Shown here: piece after piece, positions 38,899 to 53,042 of the stretch
Layout: the number at the start of each line of letters is the position of its first letter
Numbering within the stretch: the first letter of the stretch is position 1
Assembly (NCBI RefSeq): GCF_963921235.1
Contig: NC_086105.1
Coordinates: 99,820,001 to 99,884,000 of the forward strand
Length of the DNA stretch: 64,000 nucleotides
Direction: 5' to 3'
Source: Mobula hypostoma
Taxonomy: Eukaryota
The notes under the pieces: model-generated
Told to the model about the DNA's origin: nothing
The model's input: only the letters and a program-made list of their open reading frames with translations
Databases searched by the model: none
Translations under genes and position numbers: made by a program

Positions 38899-39044
38899 CC
38901 ACACACATCAAAGTTGCTGGTGGATGCAGCAGGCCAGGCAGCATCTCTAGGAAGAGGTACAGTCGACGTTTCAGGCCGAGACCCTTCGTCAGGACTTTGA
39001 TGTGTGTTGCTTGAATTTCTAGCATCTGCAGAATTCCTCATGTT
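38899..39044 (-). mobile_element. 146-bp Penelope-pLTR-derived insert with 11-bp TSD
   Basis: TGCACTTTAAG at 38888-38898 and 39045-39055. Internal inverted repeat ACACACATCAAAGT (38901-14) / ACTTTGATGTGTGT (38994-39007). Confidence 0.85.
38961..38996 (-). ncRNA. Minimal type I hammerhead ribozyme (PLE type)
   Basis: The minus strand reads AGUC-CUGACGA-AGGGUCUCGGCCU-GAAAC-GUC-GACU: intact core, stem I AGUC/GACU, stem II hairpin, and palindromic ACGU in place of stem III. Confidence 0.8.
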
Positions 39045-39650
39045 TGCACTTTAAGTCAGTCCCTTTTACCAATGCTATCTTAAAGTTTTGGTGTTTGTAT
39101 TTTCCATTTTCTTGCATTTTAGGAGATATCAATGCTCTAGAGCAGGAAAACATGTGCATCAAATAGACAGGACCATTTGCTTTGTCGTGAATCTGAGTGA
39201 AAAGGGAGAAAGAAACACTTTCAGTTGAACCAATGGTACTAGCAGAGACAGAAAGTGTTTGGATGGGTTAGAAACCAAACCACATGCCTAGGAAGAGGCA
39301 TGGCTATGTGAAAGGTAAGCTGCAGCACAGTTATTATGAGACACGTGACAAAGATGATACTGCAGTGCTAGCAAGAGAAATTGTCTAGTTCTTCGGAAGA
39401 GTTGATTACTCAGACTACAAAGAGCCAGTTGCAAGAGGTTCAAAGCATTTATCCATATACAACTCTGAAATTTGTCTTCTCCAGATAGCCACAAAATGAA
39501 GAACATGAAAATCTCAAATAAAGAACATGAATGCCACTTAAAGTAAGAAATCCCGAGCAACATTAAAAATAATCAATTGCATTCCAATATTTGGGAATAG
39601 CTGCACCAATGGTTCAGATATCTGGAAAGGCAGTAAGAATCCATATACTT

Positions 39651-42614
39651 TAGAAACCATAGAAAAACTACAGCACAGAAATAGGCCTCTTGGCCCTTCC
39701 TGGCTGTGCCGAACCATTTTCTGCCTAGCCCCACTGACCTGCACATGGACCATATCCCTCCATACATCTCTCATCCATGTATCTGTCCAATTTATTCTTA
39801 AATGTTAAAAAAGAACCCGCATTTACCACCTCGTCTGGCAGCTCATTCCATACTCCCATCACTCTCTGTGTGAAGAAGCCCCCCCTAATGTTCCCTTTAA
39901 ACTTTTCCCCCCTCACCCTTAACCCATGTCCTCTGGTTTTTTTTCTCCCCTTGCCTCAGTGGAAAAAGCCTGCTTGCATTCACTTTATCTATACCCATCA
40001 TAATTTTATATACCTCTATCAAATCTCCCCTCATTCTTCTACGGTCCACAGAATAAAGTCCTAACCTATTCAACCTTTCTCTGTAACTGAGTTTCTCAAG
40101 TCCCGGCAACATCCTTGTAAACCTTCTCTGCACTATTTCAACCTTATTTATATCCTTCCTGTAATTTGGTGACCAAAACTGAACACAATACTCCAGATTC
40201 GGCCTCACCAATGCCTTATACAACCTCATCATAACATTCCAGCTCTTATACTCAATACTTTACTTAATAAAGGCCAATGTACCAAAAGCTCTCTTTACGA
40301 CCCTATCTACTTGTGACACCACTTTTAGGGAATTTTGTATCTGTATTCCCAGATCCCTCTGTTCTACTGCACTCCTCAGTGCCTTACTATTAACCCTGTA
40401 TGTTCTACCTTGGTTTGTCCTTCCAACGTGCAATACCTCACACTTGTCTGTATTAAATTCCATCTGCCATTTTTCAGCCCATTTTTCCAGCTGGTCCAAG
40501 TCCCTCTGCAGGCTCTGAAAACCTTCCTCACTGTCTACTACACCTCCAATCTTTGTATCATCAGCAAATTTGCTGATCCAATTTACCACATTATCATCCA
40601 GATCATTGATATAGATGACAAATAACAATGGACCCAGCACTGATCCCTGTGGCACACCACTAGTCACAGGCCTCCACTCGGAGAAGCAATTCTCTACTAC
40701 CACTCTTTGGCTTCTACCATTGAGCCAATGTCTGATCCAATTTACCACCTCTCCATGTATACCTAGCGAATGAATTTTCCTAACTAACCTCCCATGCGGG
40801 ACCTTGTCAAAGGCCTTACTGAAGTCCATGTAGACAATATCCACTGCCTTCCCTTCATTCACTTTCCTGGTAACCTCCTTGAAAAACTCCAATAGATTGG
40901 TCAAACATGACCTACCACGCACAAAGCCATGTTGACCCTCCCTGATAAGTCCCTGTCTATCCAAATGCTTGTAGATTCTGTCTCTTAGTACTCCCTCCAA
41001 TTACTTACCTACTACCAACGTTAAACTTACCGGCCTATAATTTCCCAGATTACTTTTCGATCCTTTTTTAAACAACGGAACAACATGAGTCACTCTCCAA
41101 TCCTCTGGCACCTCACCTGTAGACAGCGACATTTTAAATATTTCTGCCAGGGCCCCTGCAATTTCAACACTAGTCTCCTTCAAGGTCCGAGGGAACACCC
41201 TGTCAGGTCCCGGGGATTTATCCACTCTAATTTTCCTCAAGACAGCAAGCACCTCCTCCTTTTCAATCTGTACAGTTTCCATGATCTCACTACTTGTTTC
41301 CCTTAACTCCATAGACTTCATGCCAGTTTCCTTAGTAAATACAGACGTAAAAAACCTATTTAAGGTCTCCACCATTTCCTCTGGTTCCGCACGTAGCCGA
41401 CCACTCTGATCTTCAAGAGGACCAATTTTATCCCTTACAATCTTTTTGCTCTTAATATACCTGTAAAAGCTCTTCGGATTATCCTTCACTTTGACTGCCA
41501 AGGCAACCTCATGTCTTTTAGCCCTCCTGATTTCTTTCTTAAGTATTTTCTTGCACTTCTTATACTCCTCAAGCACCTTATTTACTCCCTGTTTCCTATA
41601 CATGTCATACAACTCCCTCTTCTTTATCAGAGTTGCAATATCCCTTGAGAACCAAGGTTCCTTATTCCTATTCACTTTTCCTTTAATCCTGACAGGAACA
41701 TACAAACTCTGCACTCTCAAAATTTCTCCTTTGAAGGCTTCCCACCTACTGATCACACCTTTGCCAGAGAACAACCTGTCCCAATTCACGCTTTTTAGAT
41801 CCTTTCTCATTTCTTCAAATTTGGCCTTCTTCCAGTTCAGAACCTCAACCCTAGGACCAGATCTATCCTTGTCCATGATCAAATTGAAACTAATGGTGTT
41901 ATGATCACTGGAACCAAAGTGCTCCCCTACACAGACTTCTGTCACTTGTCCTAACTCGTTTCCTAACAGGAGATCCAATATTGCATTCCCTCTAGTTGGT
42001 CCCTCTATATATTGATTTAGAAAACTTTCCTGAACACATTTTACAAACTCTAAACCATCTCGACCCCTAACAGTATGGGAGTCCCAATCAATATATGGAA
42101 AATTAAAATCCCCTACCACCACAACTTTGTTTCCTGCAGTTGCCTGCTATCTCTCTGCAGATTTGCTCTTCCAATTCTCATTGACTATTGGGTGGTCTGT
42201 AATACAATCTCACTAATGTGGCCATACCTTTCCTGTTTCTCAGCTCCGCCCATAAGGACTCAGTAGACAAGCCCTCTAATCTGTCCTGCCCGAGCACTGC
42301 TGTAATATTTTCCCTAACAAGCAATGCTACTCCCCTACCTTTCATTCCTCTGCCTCGATCACATCTGAAACATCGGAACCCTGGAATATTAAGCTGCCAG
42401 TCCTGCCCCTCCTGTAGCCAAGTTTCACTAATTGCTATAACGTCATAATTCCACGTGTCAATCTACGCCCTCGACTCATCCGCCTTTCCCGCAATACTCC
42501 TAGCATTGAAATATATACACCTCAGAAGATTTTTACCACCACTCACAACCTTTCTATTAGCGGATTTGCTTGAACTTTTAACATCATTTATGTTCACCCC
42601 AGCCACACTGTCAG
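39651..42614 (-). mobile_element. Young CR1 LINE, 5'-truncated (ORF2 APE + RT), near-identical to 9190-12154
   Basis: ORFs 41001-42122, 40260-41000 and 39897-40232 carry all CR1 ORF2 motifs. Tail tagaaaccatagaaa at 39651. Candidate TSD or microhomology TAGAAA at 39651-56 and 42616-21. Confidence 0.97.
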
Positions 42615-45600
42615 ATAGAAAGTTGGGATATCTGTTCTCTTCATTGGTGGTCTTTTTTTTAATGGGTTCATTGGTGTTTCTTTGTTTTGTGGTTGCCTGT
42701 GAGGAGACAGATCTCAGGGTTGTATAATGTATACATAGATAATAAATGTACTTCGAACTTAATAGCATTGAGGGTAAAGGTTACTATAAGAATATGGAGT
42801 CACAATCATCTTGAGGATGTATTTAATCATTTGCTCACTTCCAGGCCATGCTTGCAGCTTCAGTTGACTGACTGTCACAATAAAAGTTTAAAAACTGAAT
42901 TGCAGGAAATTTTACAACTCAGGACTCTATTCAACCTGTTTCTGTATCGGTTTAAAAAAAAGCTTCTCTGCCTAATCCCAGTTCTAGCGATTGAATTGTT
43001 TACTTGTAGTTCTTCCAATACTCAGGTTTTTTTAAATAAATGTTTGCAATGCTTGCTGTTCTTTTCCACCGTTTCAGTCAGCAGTCTCAGACCCTTGACA
43101 TCCTTTGGGCAAAAGCATTTTTCTTACCTTGTAGAAGTCGTGGCAAGGCAAGGAGGGTCTTTGAAAAGCCCAGCTTTCCTTTTTTACAGCAGCGAACCAG
43201 ACTTTACTAAGATGACATAAGAATACAACGTATAAAAGAAGGAATCAAGGGGCGATTACTTGATTAATTTCAAAGTATCATCAGTTGTTAGCTTATAGTT
43301 TCCATTGACTTAACACCGGCATTGTGAATGGTGATTGATTTTTGCAAGTAAGGAATTCAAATGTACAATTTATCAGAGGGCAGAGTTAAAAATGATGCCA
43401 AAGAGTGACTTCTCCCAGCTCATCAGCAAAGCAATTAAATTCTTCCTATTCTAATGTCTCTATTATTCTTTTCAGGATGGCTGGGGTCCTGTTGGGATCT
43501 TTGATCTACAGTGACACCCAAAAACTTTTGCACAATTGTGTATTCCTGTCCTCGGAGCTCGCCAATCGGTCGCATTTCAGTATGTCCAGGTTTGGCCTGA
43601 TGTCAGGCAACATTGGAGCCTGTGGACACCAATTCTCGCAGGTGTCACAAACTAGCAGGAGCTGGAACATCGAAGACAGTGGGAGTGGCTATCAGGGGGC
43701 TCTACAATCGAGTCGGGGAACTCTAAATAAAAAAAGCAATCCTTCAGACGGACTACAACATTGATATAGTGACTGGTGTCTCCCCTGTTGCTATGGAAGG
43801 AGCAATATCTGACTAACAGAGAGACAGAGAAAGCCTGTGGGACGTTGAAATGTTGCATTGAACTGTTAGGTTTTGATGGACTGTAGACCATGATCTCTCT
43901 GTGGGGGGCTTTGCTTTTGCTTGCATGGTGAGTGCTGGGTATGCTGATGTTTTACACTAGAATAATGAGGGGGAGGGGTGATGTTGATGCTCTTTGTGTG
44001 TGGGAGGGTGCTTTGGTGTTCTTGTGTCTTTCTTCTGTCATTAATTCTGTGAGTTTTTATCTTCTGTTTCGAGGATATCTGCAGAGAGTAAGAATTTCAG
44101 GTTGTATATTGTATTCATTCTATGCAACTATTGGAACTATTGAAATTATGAATATCAGTTCTTTTTAATAAAGGCATTTCTCTGTTCCAACTTCAGAACA
44201 GTGTAGTGGCAAGGGCCATGCTGTTTTCCTTGTGCACAAGTGAATAAAAGTACGATTGAGTTTTCAAAGTTTAATTAATCGGCATAGACAATCTCTTAGA
44301 ATTTATCAATTTTATTTATTATTATTATTATTATTTATTTTTGTATTTGCAGAGTTTTTTGTGCACCGGTTGAACACCCAAGTTGGTGTGGTTTTTCATT
44401 GATTGTATTATGGATTTATTGAGTATGCCTGCAAGATATTGAATATCAGGTTTGCACATGGTGACATGTATGTACTTTGATAATAAACTTTGAAATTTGA
44501 ATTTACTTTAATTTTTTTGTATTATAATTTTTCTTGAGTTTTCAAAAAGAATACATGACTTTAATTATTTTTAAATATATGCCCCTCTATACTTGGGTGG
44601 AAAGGTCCTCATTGGGTCTAACATTCACTTCAGTGAAATTTCATTTCAGTCTCCCCTGTTGGAGAAAAATGAATCCTGCCTTAAAGCTCAAATTTTCCAT
44701 TCCTGGTCATTTCCATTTATGCCTCCTTAGCACCCTCTCCAGCTTTGCTTTGGCCATGACTGTGTGCAGACTCAAGCGGTGTCCTAACCACTAATCTATG
44801 TAATTTTACTACATCTTTCATAGTCTTATATTCAGTAGTTCATCTAAGAGAGGAAAGCTTTCCATGTCTCTTTAACCGCCTTTTCTAATTTGACCTATTA
44901 CATTTCAAATCTTATTACTGAACGTAACAACCATACACTATCCTCATGAAACCCCATTGGGCCACGGTGTTCCAGTCATGTAAACGTCTATCAACCATTG
45001 CATTGTATTCTTCCTGTCCCTTCGCAAATTTTTATCCAAAATTGGCTTATCTCCCCAGGACCACTAAGGCCTTGTATATTTGACCAGCCTGCCCACTGGG
45101 ACCTTTCTATTGCCTTTAGAAAATCTATATATACTACTTTATTCTTTGCAGAAAATATTGAATAAAAGTTAGCCAGACAGGACCCTTCCTCGAGAAATCC
45201 ATGTGGAATGCTCTTGTTTAATCTTTGTGTTTCAGATGTAGCTTCAGAAATCCTCTTGAATTAATTCTAATAATTTATTTGGGACTGTAATTAAATTAGC
45301 TGGCTTTTTAGTTAAACCAAGAAGTTTATCTCTTTTTTTTAACAACAATTCAAAGTTAGCAAGCCTTTTTTAAAAAGGAGTTAGGGCCTCCATAATTTGC
45401 TCCTTTGCTTTGCTATGTTTAATTGTCTGGTATATTTCAAGACTGATGATTTAGCCATTTTAAGTGTTTCTAAATGTAATGCTTCCTCTCTTTGCTTCTG
45501 CCATCACTATTTCACACTTCCTCTTCAACTACCCGATTAGCATCTTTTGTGTAAACAGTGGCAACATATTCATTTTACCGCATCCTCGACCTCTGTACAT

Positions 45601-46449
45601 GGGTTATCTATTTTGGTCCCATATCGGCCCTACTCCTTTCTTGCACTTTGTGCGTTAAAGCACCTTTTGGAATTTCCTCATTTTGTCTGTCAATTTATGT
45701 TAGTGGCCAAATAAAACGAAGTGATATTCAACTCTGAATAATTCAGAAACCGCAATACACTGTGTCACTCATGTTATGTTCATGAGTTACAAGGTTATTT
45801 CCGTAGTGTTGCAACTCTGTAAACTACCGAATTGCGGCTTGAATTTCTAATTCAAAAATGATACGAGTATATGTTGTGTACGGACTGTTGAGTGGACGAG
45901 GGATGGTGTTTTAAAGAGAAGTCTTGCTTGAAAGCTACTTCATCCAGGCCAAAAAATAGTTTTTCATCGCGGAGGAGAAATATGTAAGGCTATTCCACTG
46001 AATCGCAACACTTTTATCATGGCATATAAACGAAGTGTAAAATGAGATCTGGAAACGGACGTTGGTTTTTAAGAGGGGGTTGGTGAGTGCAGGTCTGATT
46101 AAATTACAGGATGAACAGCTCCTAGACTGTACCTCGGCCTGACCTAGGGATTGTCCACAGGTGCAAGAGGAGAATGGGAATGTATCTCGTAAAACATGAC
46201 TTCCTGTCCTCTCTTTACGAGAACAAGCGAGCAAAGGCGGACTGGCCGCCTTTCATCAGCAACTGGTGGTCATCGCCAAACCATTGGATTTTGACTTAAT
46301 TTATTTGTTCAATTTCCAGTAACGTTGGCGTAAAATAACTTCCAGTTAGCAATCAATCTAAAACGATAAGTGAAGAATCTAAACTTTTGTTTTGGAATTT
46401 TAAAAAAGCTGAAGCAATTCCTTTTCTAAAATCAAGGTGTGAATTAAAC

Positions 46450-46570
46450 ACAGATGGGGCGGAGCCAGCGTTGTTTACTACAGTACGATTGCTTCAGCAG
46501 TTTTGGCCAATGGGCCTTAAGGAACGCTCATGGAACGTTGGCCCTGGAATGACGTCAAACGTGACACAAA
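46450..46570 (+). promoter_or_regulatory. Probable H3.3 promoter
   Basis: GC box GGGGCGGAGC (46456-65), CCAAT (46507-11) and perfect CRE TGACGTCA (46550-57) in a CpG-rich region about 500 bp upstream of the ATG. The boundaries of non-coding exon 1 are not resolved. Confidence 0.65.
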
Positions 46571-47052
46571 AGTAGAGGACGACAGTCAGAGTGTGTAAAG
46601 CTTGTGCGTTAAATTTGGAGTAGAGATTTGTAGTAGGAATGTCTCTGGTCTTTCCGTCTTCGGTCGGTTTTGCGTGAATACTTTTGCCATTGGATTGTGT
46701 GTACTATTCCCTGTAATTTCAGATTCGGGGCATGGGTGGGAATAAACAATGATAAACCATTATCTATTCAAAAGTTAATTTTATTGTCAAAGTATGCCAC
46801 TGTGATCGGTACCAAGATATTAAGTACGGTTTGGCTGGGCTCCGAGATGAAAGTGTTGCCATCGGGAGGGTTATGCGACCGCCATTTCATTACAAGAATT
46901 CGAGCCGGGGACCCGCCCCCATACTCCCCTTTGGAGCCACAGCGCCGCCACGAAATGCAGGAAGGCTGGTGTGTGAGTGGAGGCCCTGGAGACTGGCGAC
47001 GTAAACTTGAACGTAGTGAAGTTTAATCTTTCCGTGTCTACAGATCCTATGA

Positions 47053-47187
<135 letters not shown>

Positions 47188-49878
47188 TGAGTGGACTCCG
47201 GCTTGTACGGTCTCCCTCCCGTCTTTTAAGGTCATGGAATAATTCCCCATTAATAGATGTCCTCCTTTACGGTCTGTAATTACTTGTACCTTATTCCCTG
47301 AGTTATTTTAACTGAGCCTGTGGTTCAATTTGTCTTATAGTTAATATGTTTCGGTCTGTAAAGTCTCTTGCTGGTAGGGCCTGATTGACAATAGGAGGCA
47401 CTTGTTGACTGCTCGGGTCAATGTAGAAATCTTCCAGTCAGAGCCGTCCGCGTCAGTCGTCACTTTGGTTGTTTTTGATGTTGGGCTCCCCACGGAGACA
47501 CGTGGCGACTCCCTGCACTTTCACTGGATGAATTTGCCTGTTGAAATTGTACTGTGAACGCAGTTTATGAAACAAAAACAGTGTGATGATTCGTTGACCG
47601 TTTATTTATTTTCATAAATGCGGCCTGACCTACTGAGTTCCTTCAGCATTATGTGTGTGTTGTTTTCTGTAATACTCAAGTCAGGTAGCATTTGTGGAGA
47701 GAGAAACAGTTAACTTTCCGGGTTGCTGCTGAGTTATCACCAGAAACGGGGGAAAATTAAAACTGTAGAGAGAGGTCCGATTGTATGTTATGTGGTGTGC
47801 ATCAGCGATACAGGTGGTAGTGGGGCAGGCCGAAAATGGGAGAGATAAACTTTGAACTGGCAGTAGAGGAGAAAGGAAGAGTAAAAATTGATCCCGGGGT
47901 GCTTGAATGTCTAAAGCTGGTATATTTGTACTCCAGAAGCCTACTTCGAGCGACTGAACTGTGTATATTCCTACTCCAGTGATACTGATACGGTGATGAG
48001 GTCAGTGTGATATCTGCCACAGGTATGAAGGGCTTAACTTCCGTAGACAGCTTGGGAAGTGATGTGCGCTTCTCTTTTGATGCAACCATGTTGGTTTTCC
48101 CCAGGCCCTTTGGCTTCTCCCTATATCCCAAGGATATGTGGATTGTTTGGTTTTAAATTCCACGGTAAAATGTCTTTCCTGTGTATGTGAATGGTAGAAT
48201 TTGAAGGTGTGTGGAGAAATAGGTTGCAGGGAAAATTAATGGGGAATAGAATAGTTATTTTGAGCTGGTATCGGCTTTATTGGCTGAAATTTCCTCCCTC
48301 CTGCCTTAAAATAATGAAGAAATGAAATTGTAAATTTGTCTGAAGGTTTACTCTGCCAAAATTAGAATTCCATTAAGGACACACACTGTTACTGAAATGC
48401 TGATGTTGAACACTGAAGAATCTGTACATATTATGATTTATCATGTGTTGCAGACCTCCATCCACTATTTGTTAAGTGTAACACTTTCTGTTGGCCATTT
48501 GCCAGATGTCCATTTCTTTCCCTTGATGTGTCAGTTCAGTGTTTCCAGTTCAAGAATAAAAACTAGGCTGGTAGACAGAATGGTCAGGCTAGGCAATTAT
48601 ATCAGCACTTGTAACACCATGTTCATATAGATTACTGTACCTTGCTGTTCCTCACTTCCAGCAGATGCCTGTGCCTTGATTGAGATGAAGGGACAGTAGG
48701 AAGGGTGTTGTAGAGGCCCTTCACTTTTTTTCCCAATTAAGTGGGATACTGTTTAAAATGACAGGTAATTGAAATCTTAATCACAAACACCATTCATTTC
48801 AATGAAGAAAAATGACAAAGTCAAGATTTGTATTGTTTCCATTTTATTAATATTATACATATTTATAATTGAGTCAACTCAATTAAATAGATTTGTTTTC
48901 TACTATGGTCCAAGTTTTAATGGATCATTTTTATTCTGAAATTTTGAAAATTATTTAAAATTGTTTATGAATATTATTAACTTTGAATTTTTTAATATTT
49001 AGAAATACAGCGCAGTAACAAGCCCACCCAGTCCAACACCATTCAGTTACACACCTGACCAATTGACTGACTAACCAATACACAGTTTTGGGGAGACCGT
49101 ACGTACTCCTTAGTGACAGTGGCAGAACTGAACCCAGGGTGCTGGCACTGTAATGGCATTATGCCAGCTGCTCCACAAGTGTGCCACTCTTTTGACAGAT
49201 AGAAGTATTTCTGTCTGTCAAAAGGGCTTGTTACCTTAGGCATGAACATTCAGCTCATCAGCCAGAAGTTGTCTTCGAGGACATGGCAGTTTTAAGGGTT
49301 TTTTTTTCATGAAAGTATATCGGTGATATATGCAAACTGCAGATACACATGTAAGAAGAGGCTTATGCTATTTGATATACAGAAACAATTTACTTTCCAT
49401 ATACTTGTCATTTGTCAATTAATCTTTGAAATATCATTGATCTTAGCAGCATCCAAAGATGGCAGTAAAACTATCACCTGGTCTTAATCACTTGCCAGCT
49501 TGTACTCTTTCCCCACCCCAACACCACTTTATTCTGGCTTCTACCCCCTTCCTTTCCAGTCCTGATCAAGGATTTCAGCCCAAAATGTCGACTGTTTCTT
49601 CCCCTCCGTAGATGCTGCCTGACTTGCTGTGTTCCAGTATTTTGTGTGGCTGAAATAACTGTTGTGCAAATGTGGATGTGCTAATTTGCTGCCAGTCACA
49701 CAACCAACTGGGAATGCCCTTCTTCAGAAAGGATTATGTAGGTAAGCACAGATATGAGAGTAGCAAGTGCAGAGAGATCATGTTATGAGTATTTTGTGGT
49801 TACTGTGGTTTCCTTTATGGCATTGGAGAAATGTCAGCTGAAACTACTTTGGCTTAACCTGACTGCTTTGCTAAATAG

Positions 49879-50196
<318 letters not shown>

Positions 50197-50642
50197 TAAA
50201 TACTTGTAGTCTGCTGATTAGATGTGAAGTACATTTAATGTTTGCATGTGGAGTCCTGCATTAGTTTCAAGTACACTTTAATTCTGAACTTGTTTAATTT
50301 ATACAGCCCTATCAAGAATATAAAACTTGCCGTCATAGGATCCTAGTGCCTGATATTGTACATTCCTTTTGAGGATATACATCAGTGTTTGAGATTTCTT
50401 TGGGACTATGTCTAATTCTGTTCTCTAGCCAGGTTGAATACCTTGGCTCAAACTTTCAAGGAAATGAATGGATAATGTGGAAGGAACAAACCATGAGCAT
50501 GTTACATGTGGGGAAAATCTCAGGCAGTTTATATCGTTTTACAATGGGTTTTTGACCCATTGGAAGTTAGAGTATAAAGGTAAATGTATAAGAAAGTAAA
50601 TGTTAATTTATTACAACTTTTTAAGTGAAAGATTTAACTTAA

Positions 50643-50777
<135 letters not shown>

Positions 50778-50989
50778 AATTATGCATTATGTAAAATTTT
50801 CTCTAAAAGTTAATTGTATTTTGGAATCAGTATTTGAAAATGATAATTTCTAAAGCATTTTTGGACTGTAGTCTTGACTTGTGAAGGCTAGGCCATGTTT
50901 CACATTTTTGTTAGTATTGACAGCAACTTGCAGCATTGAAGTAGCAGATCATTTTGTAAGCATTCCATGACACTTGGCTCAGGTTTCAA

Positions 50990-50995
50990 AATAAA
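50990..50995 (+). terminator. Candidate polyadenylation signal of H3.3
   Basis: AATAAA about 210 nt after the stop, followed by T/GT-rich sequence. Confidence 0.55.
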
Positions 50996-53005
50996 ACATT
51001 TTGTATCTTTAGTCTGTAATGTTTTTATATCACACAAATTGGGGATGGGAACTGCAGACTTCGTATTGCAGTTTTTTTTGGGGGGTAGAGGTTGTTTCCG
51101 CCGAGGTTCTAAATTAAAGTTCACTACCTCAGCTATGTCAAATGGCATTTCTTCAAATTCAAAGTTTTATTTTGAAAGGTGAAAGCTGTTTTGAAGATCT
51201 GTATTTATTGCTCAAGAAGCTGTTGGTGAGCAAAGTTGTAACTTGCAGTCAGGAAAGTTTTTTTTAAAAAAAACTGTCCTGAAGATTTTTTGACATGAGT
51301 TATTAAATCTTTTTTTCCCCCCAGGGGGGCTACCTGACCTGGTGTTTTTCTAGCATTTTCTATTTTTATTTCGTATGAACTAAAATATTACACTATCTGG
51401 ATTTCAACTATTATTGGCCAACACACACCCCAGCATCCTTGCTCTATATGTCTATCCTTCCAAAATATGAAGTACTCTAGAGAATATTTTAGGTCCCAGT
51501 CTTCACATAATCAAGAATATGCGTTTTAAACATGTGTGAAGGTGGAATTGAAAACTTATATAAAGTTGGAAAAAATGGGGATGGAAACAATAGGCCAACC
51601 AAGATATTACTGTTAATTAAAATACCAGATTTCTACTATGGTTTTATTTCTGGTATTGTATTCCCCAGTCACCTATGAACATTGTGAAGGGCCTGCTGAT
51701 GGAGCCATACAAAAGAGTACACAACAATATTCCAGTTCTTGTTTTCAAAAATATAATTACAGAAGTACTTCAGTTTTTAAAAAAATCAACTGTTTAGAAC
51801 AATCACAATGATCGAATGCAAATGGTTCCTTTGTATCACAATTCTTACCTTTCCATCTGACAGATTGTTTGTACCAATGATTCCTGTGTTAGTTTTACCT
51901 GATTAATGTTGCTTTACATATCTAGAAACATGCTGCATTCCAGCAATTATGGTGTAACAAGATGGAGGTGAGAAACATTAACATTACATAATTGCACAAT
52001 AATGTATTTACAGATGGTAAAACAGGCTTTAGATCAGATGACATGCATATTAAAGGACAATATTCAAAAGACTCACCTGCCTGTCTCCCAGAACAAAAGA
52101 AAACACCACCAACCACCTTCCACTCATTCAGTACAAATCCCTCTACCTCTTTTTGGGCTCTCAATTAAATGGACACATGCTTCAAGTTGAATATAGAGTA
52201 GGAAACCAGGCTAAGATGTATTTGGCTTGTTGTTACCATCTGCCCACAGATACACAAGGGAAGTTGCAGTACTTATGGTTGCAGGTCTGCTGAAACCTGC
52301 CATGTCTCACTTCACTTCCGCCATTAACATGCTGTAGTTAAACTGCAATATCAGACTGATATTAATAGTGCATTATTGTCATCAATAATCAGAGAATGTG
52401 AAGGGCTAAAACCTGAAACTACTCATGTAGTTTAAATGTTTTCTCCCCAATGACTGCTCTGACAGGAGAACTCAGTTCCTCAGGCAAAGGCCTTCCCAGA
52501 TTATTGAAACTTTATAAATAAGGTATTAATAGAAATGTTCGGTCTCAACATTGCAAATTAGGACTAAGAGGTGAAATAGTGACAATTTTGACCTAGCTCA
52601 AAGAGACAAAGTAGCTGCTAAATAATACAAGTTATGTTGGTGCCACAAAGACTTTAACTGAGTAACCACACACACAGATCAAGGATTAAATGTGAACAAC
52701 AACTGGTGTAGAAATAGATTGGAATAATTGATGCAAACAGAATATAACTTTTACCATTCAGAGACAGGTCATTCAATGCTTAGTTCTCAGTTAATACTAA
52801 GCAGGAAGAAAAGCATGAAGTGTTGTATCTCTCAAATTCTGCTTCTGAAAGAATCTCAAGAACTTGGATGGAATATTCCAACAATAACATTTCAACCTGT
52901 ACAAATTTAAACTGAGGTTCAGCCAGTGTGCAGTTAGAGGAAATAAAAGCAGAAAATGCTATAAATACTCAGCAAGTTGGGCAACATCTGTAGAGGGAGT
53001 AACAG

Positions 53006-53042
53006 AATTAACGTTTCAGGTCAACAATCCTTCATCAGAATT
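53006..53042 (-). ncRNA. Minimal hammerhead ribozyme motif in an old PLE-derived repeat (about 52945-53550)
   Basis: The minus strand reads AAUU-CUGAUGA-AGGAUUGUUGACCU-GAAAC-GUU-AAUU: intact core and an NUH triplet (GUU), but a weak all-AU stem I. Confidence 0.55.
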
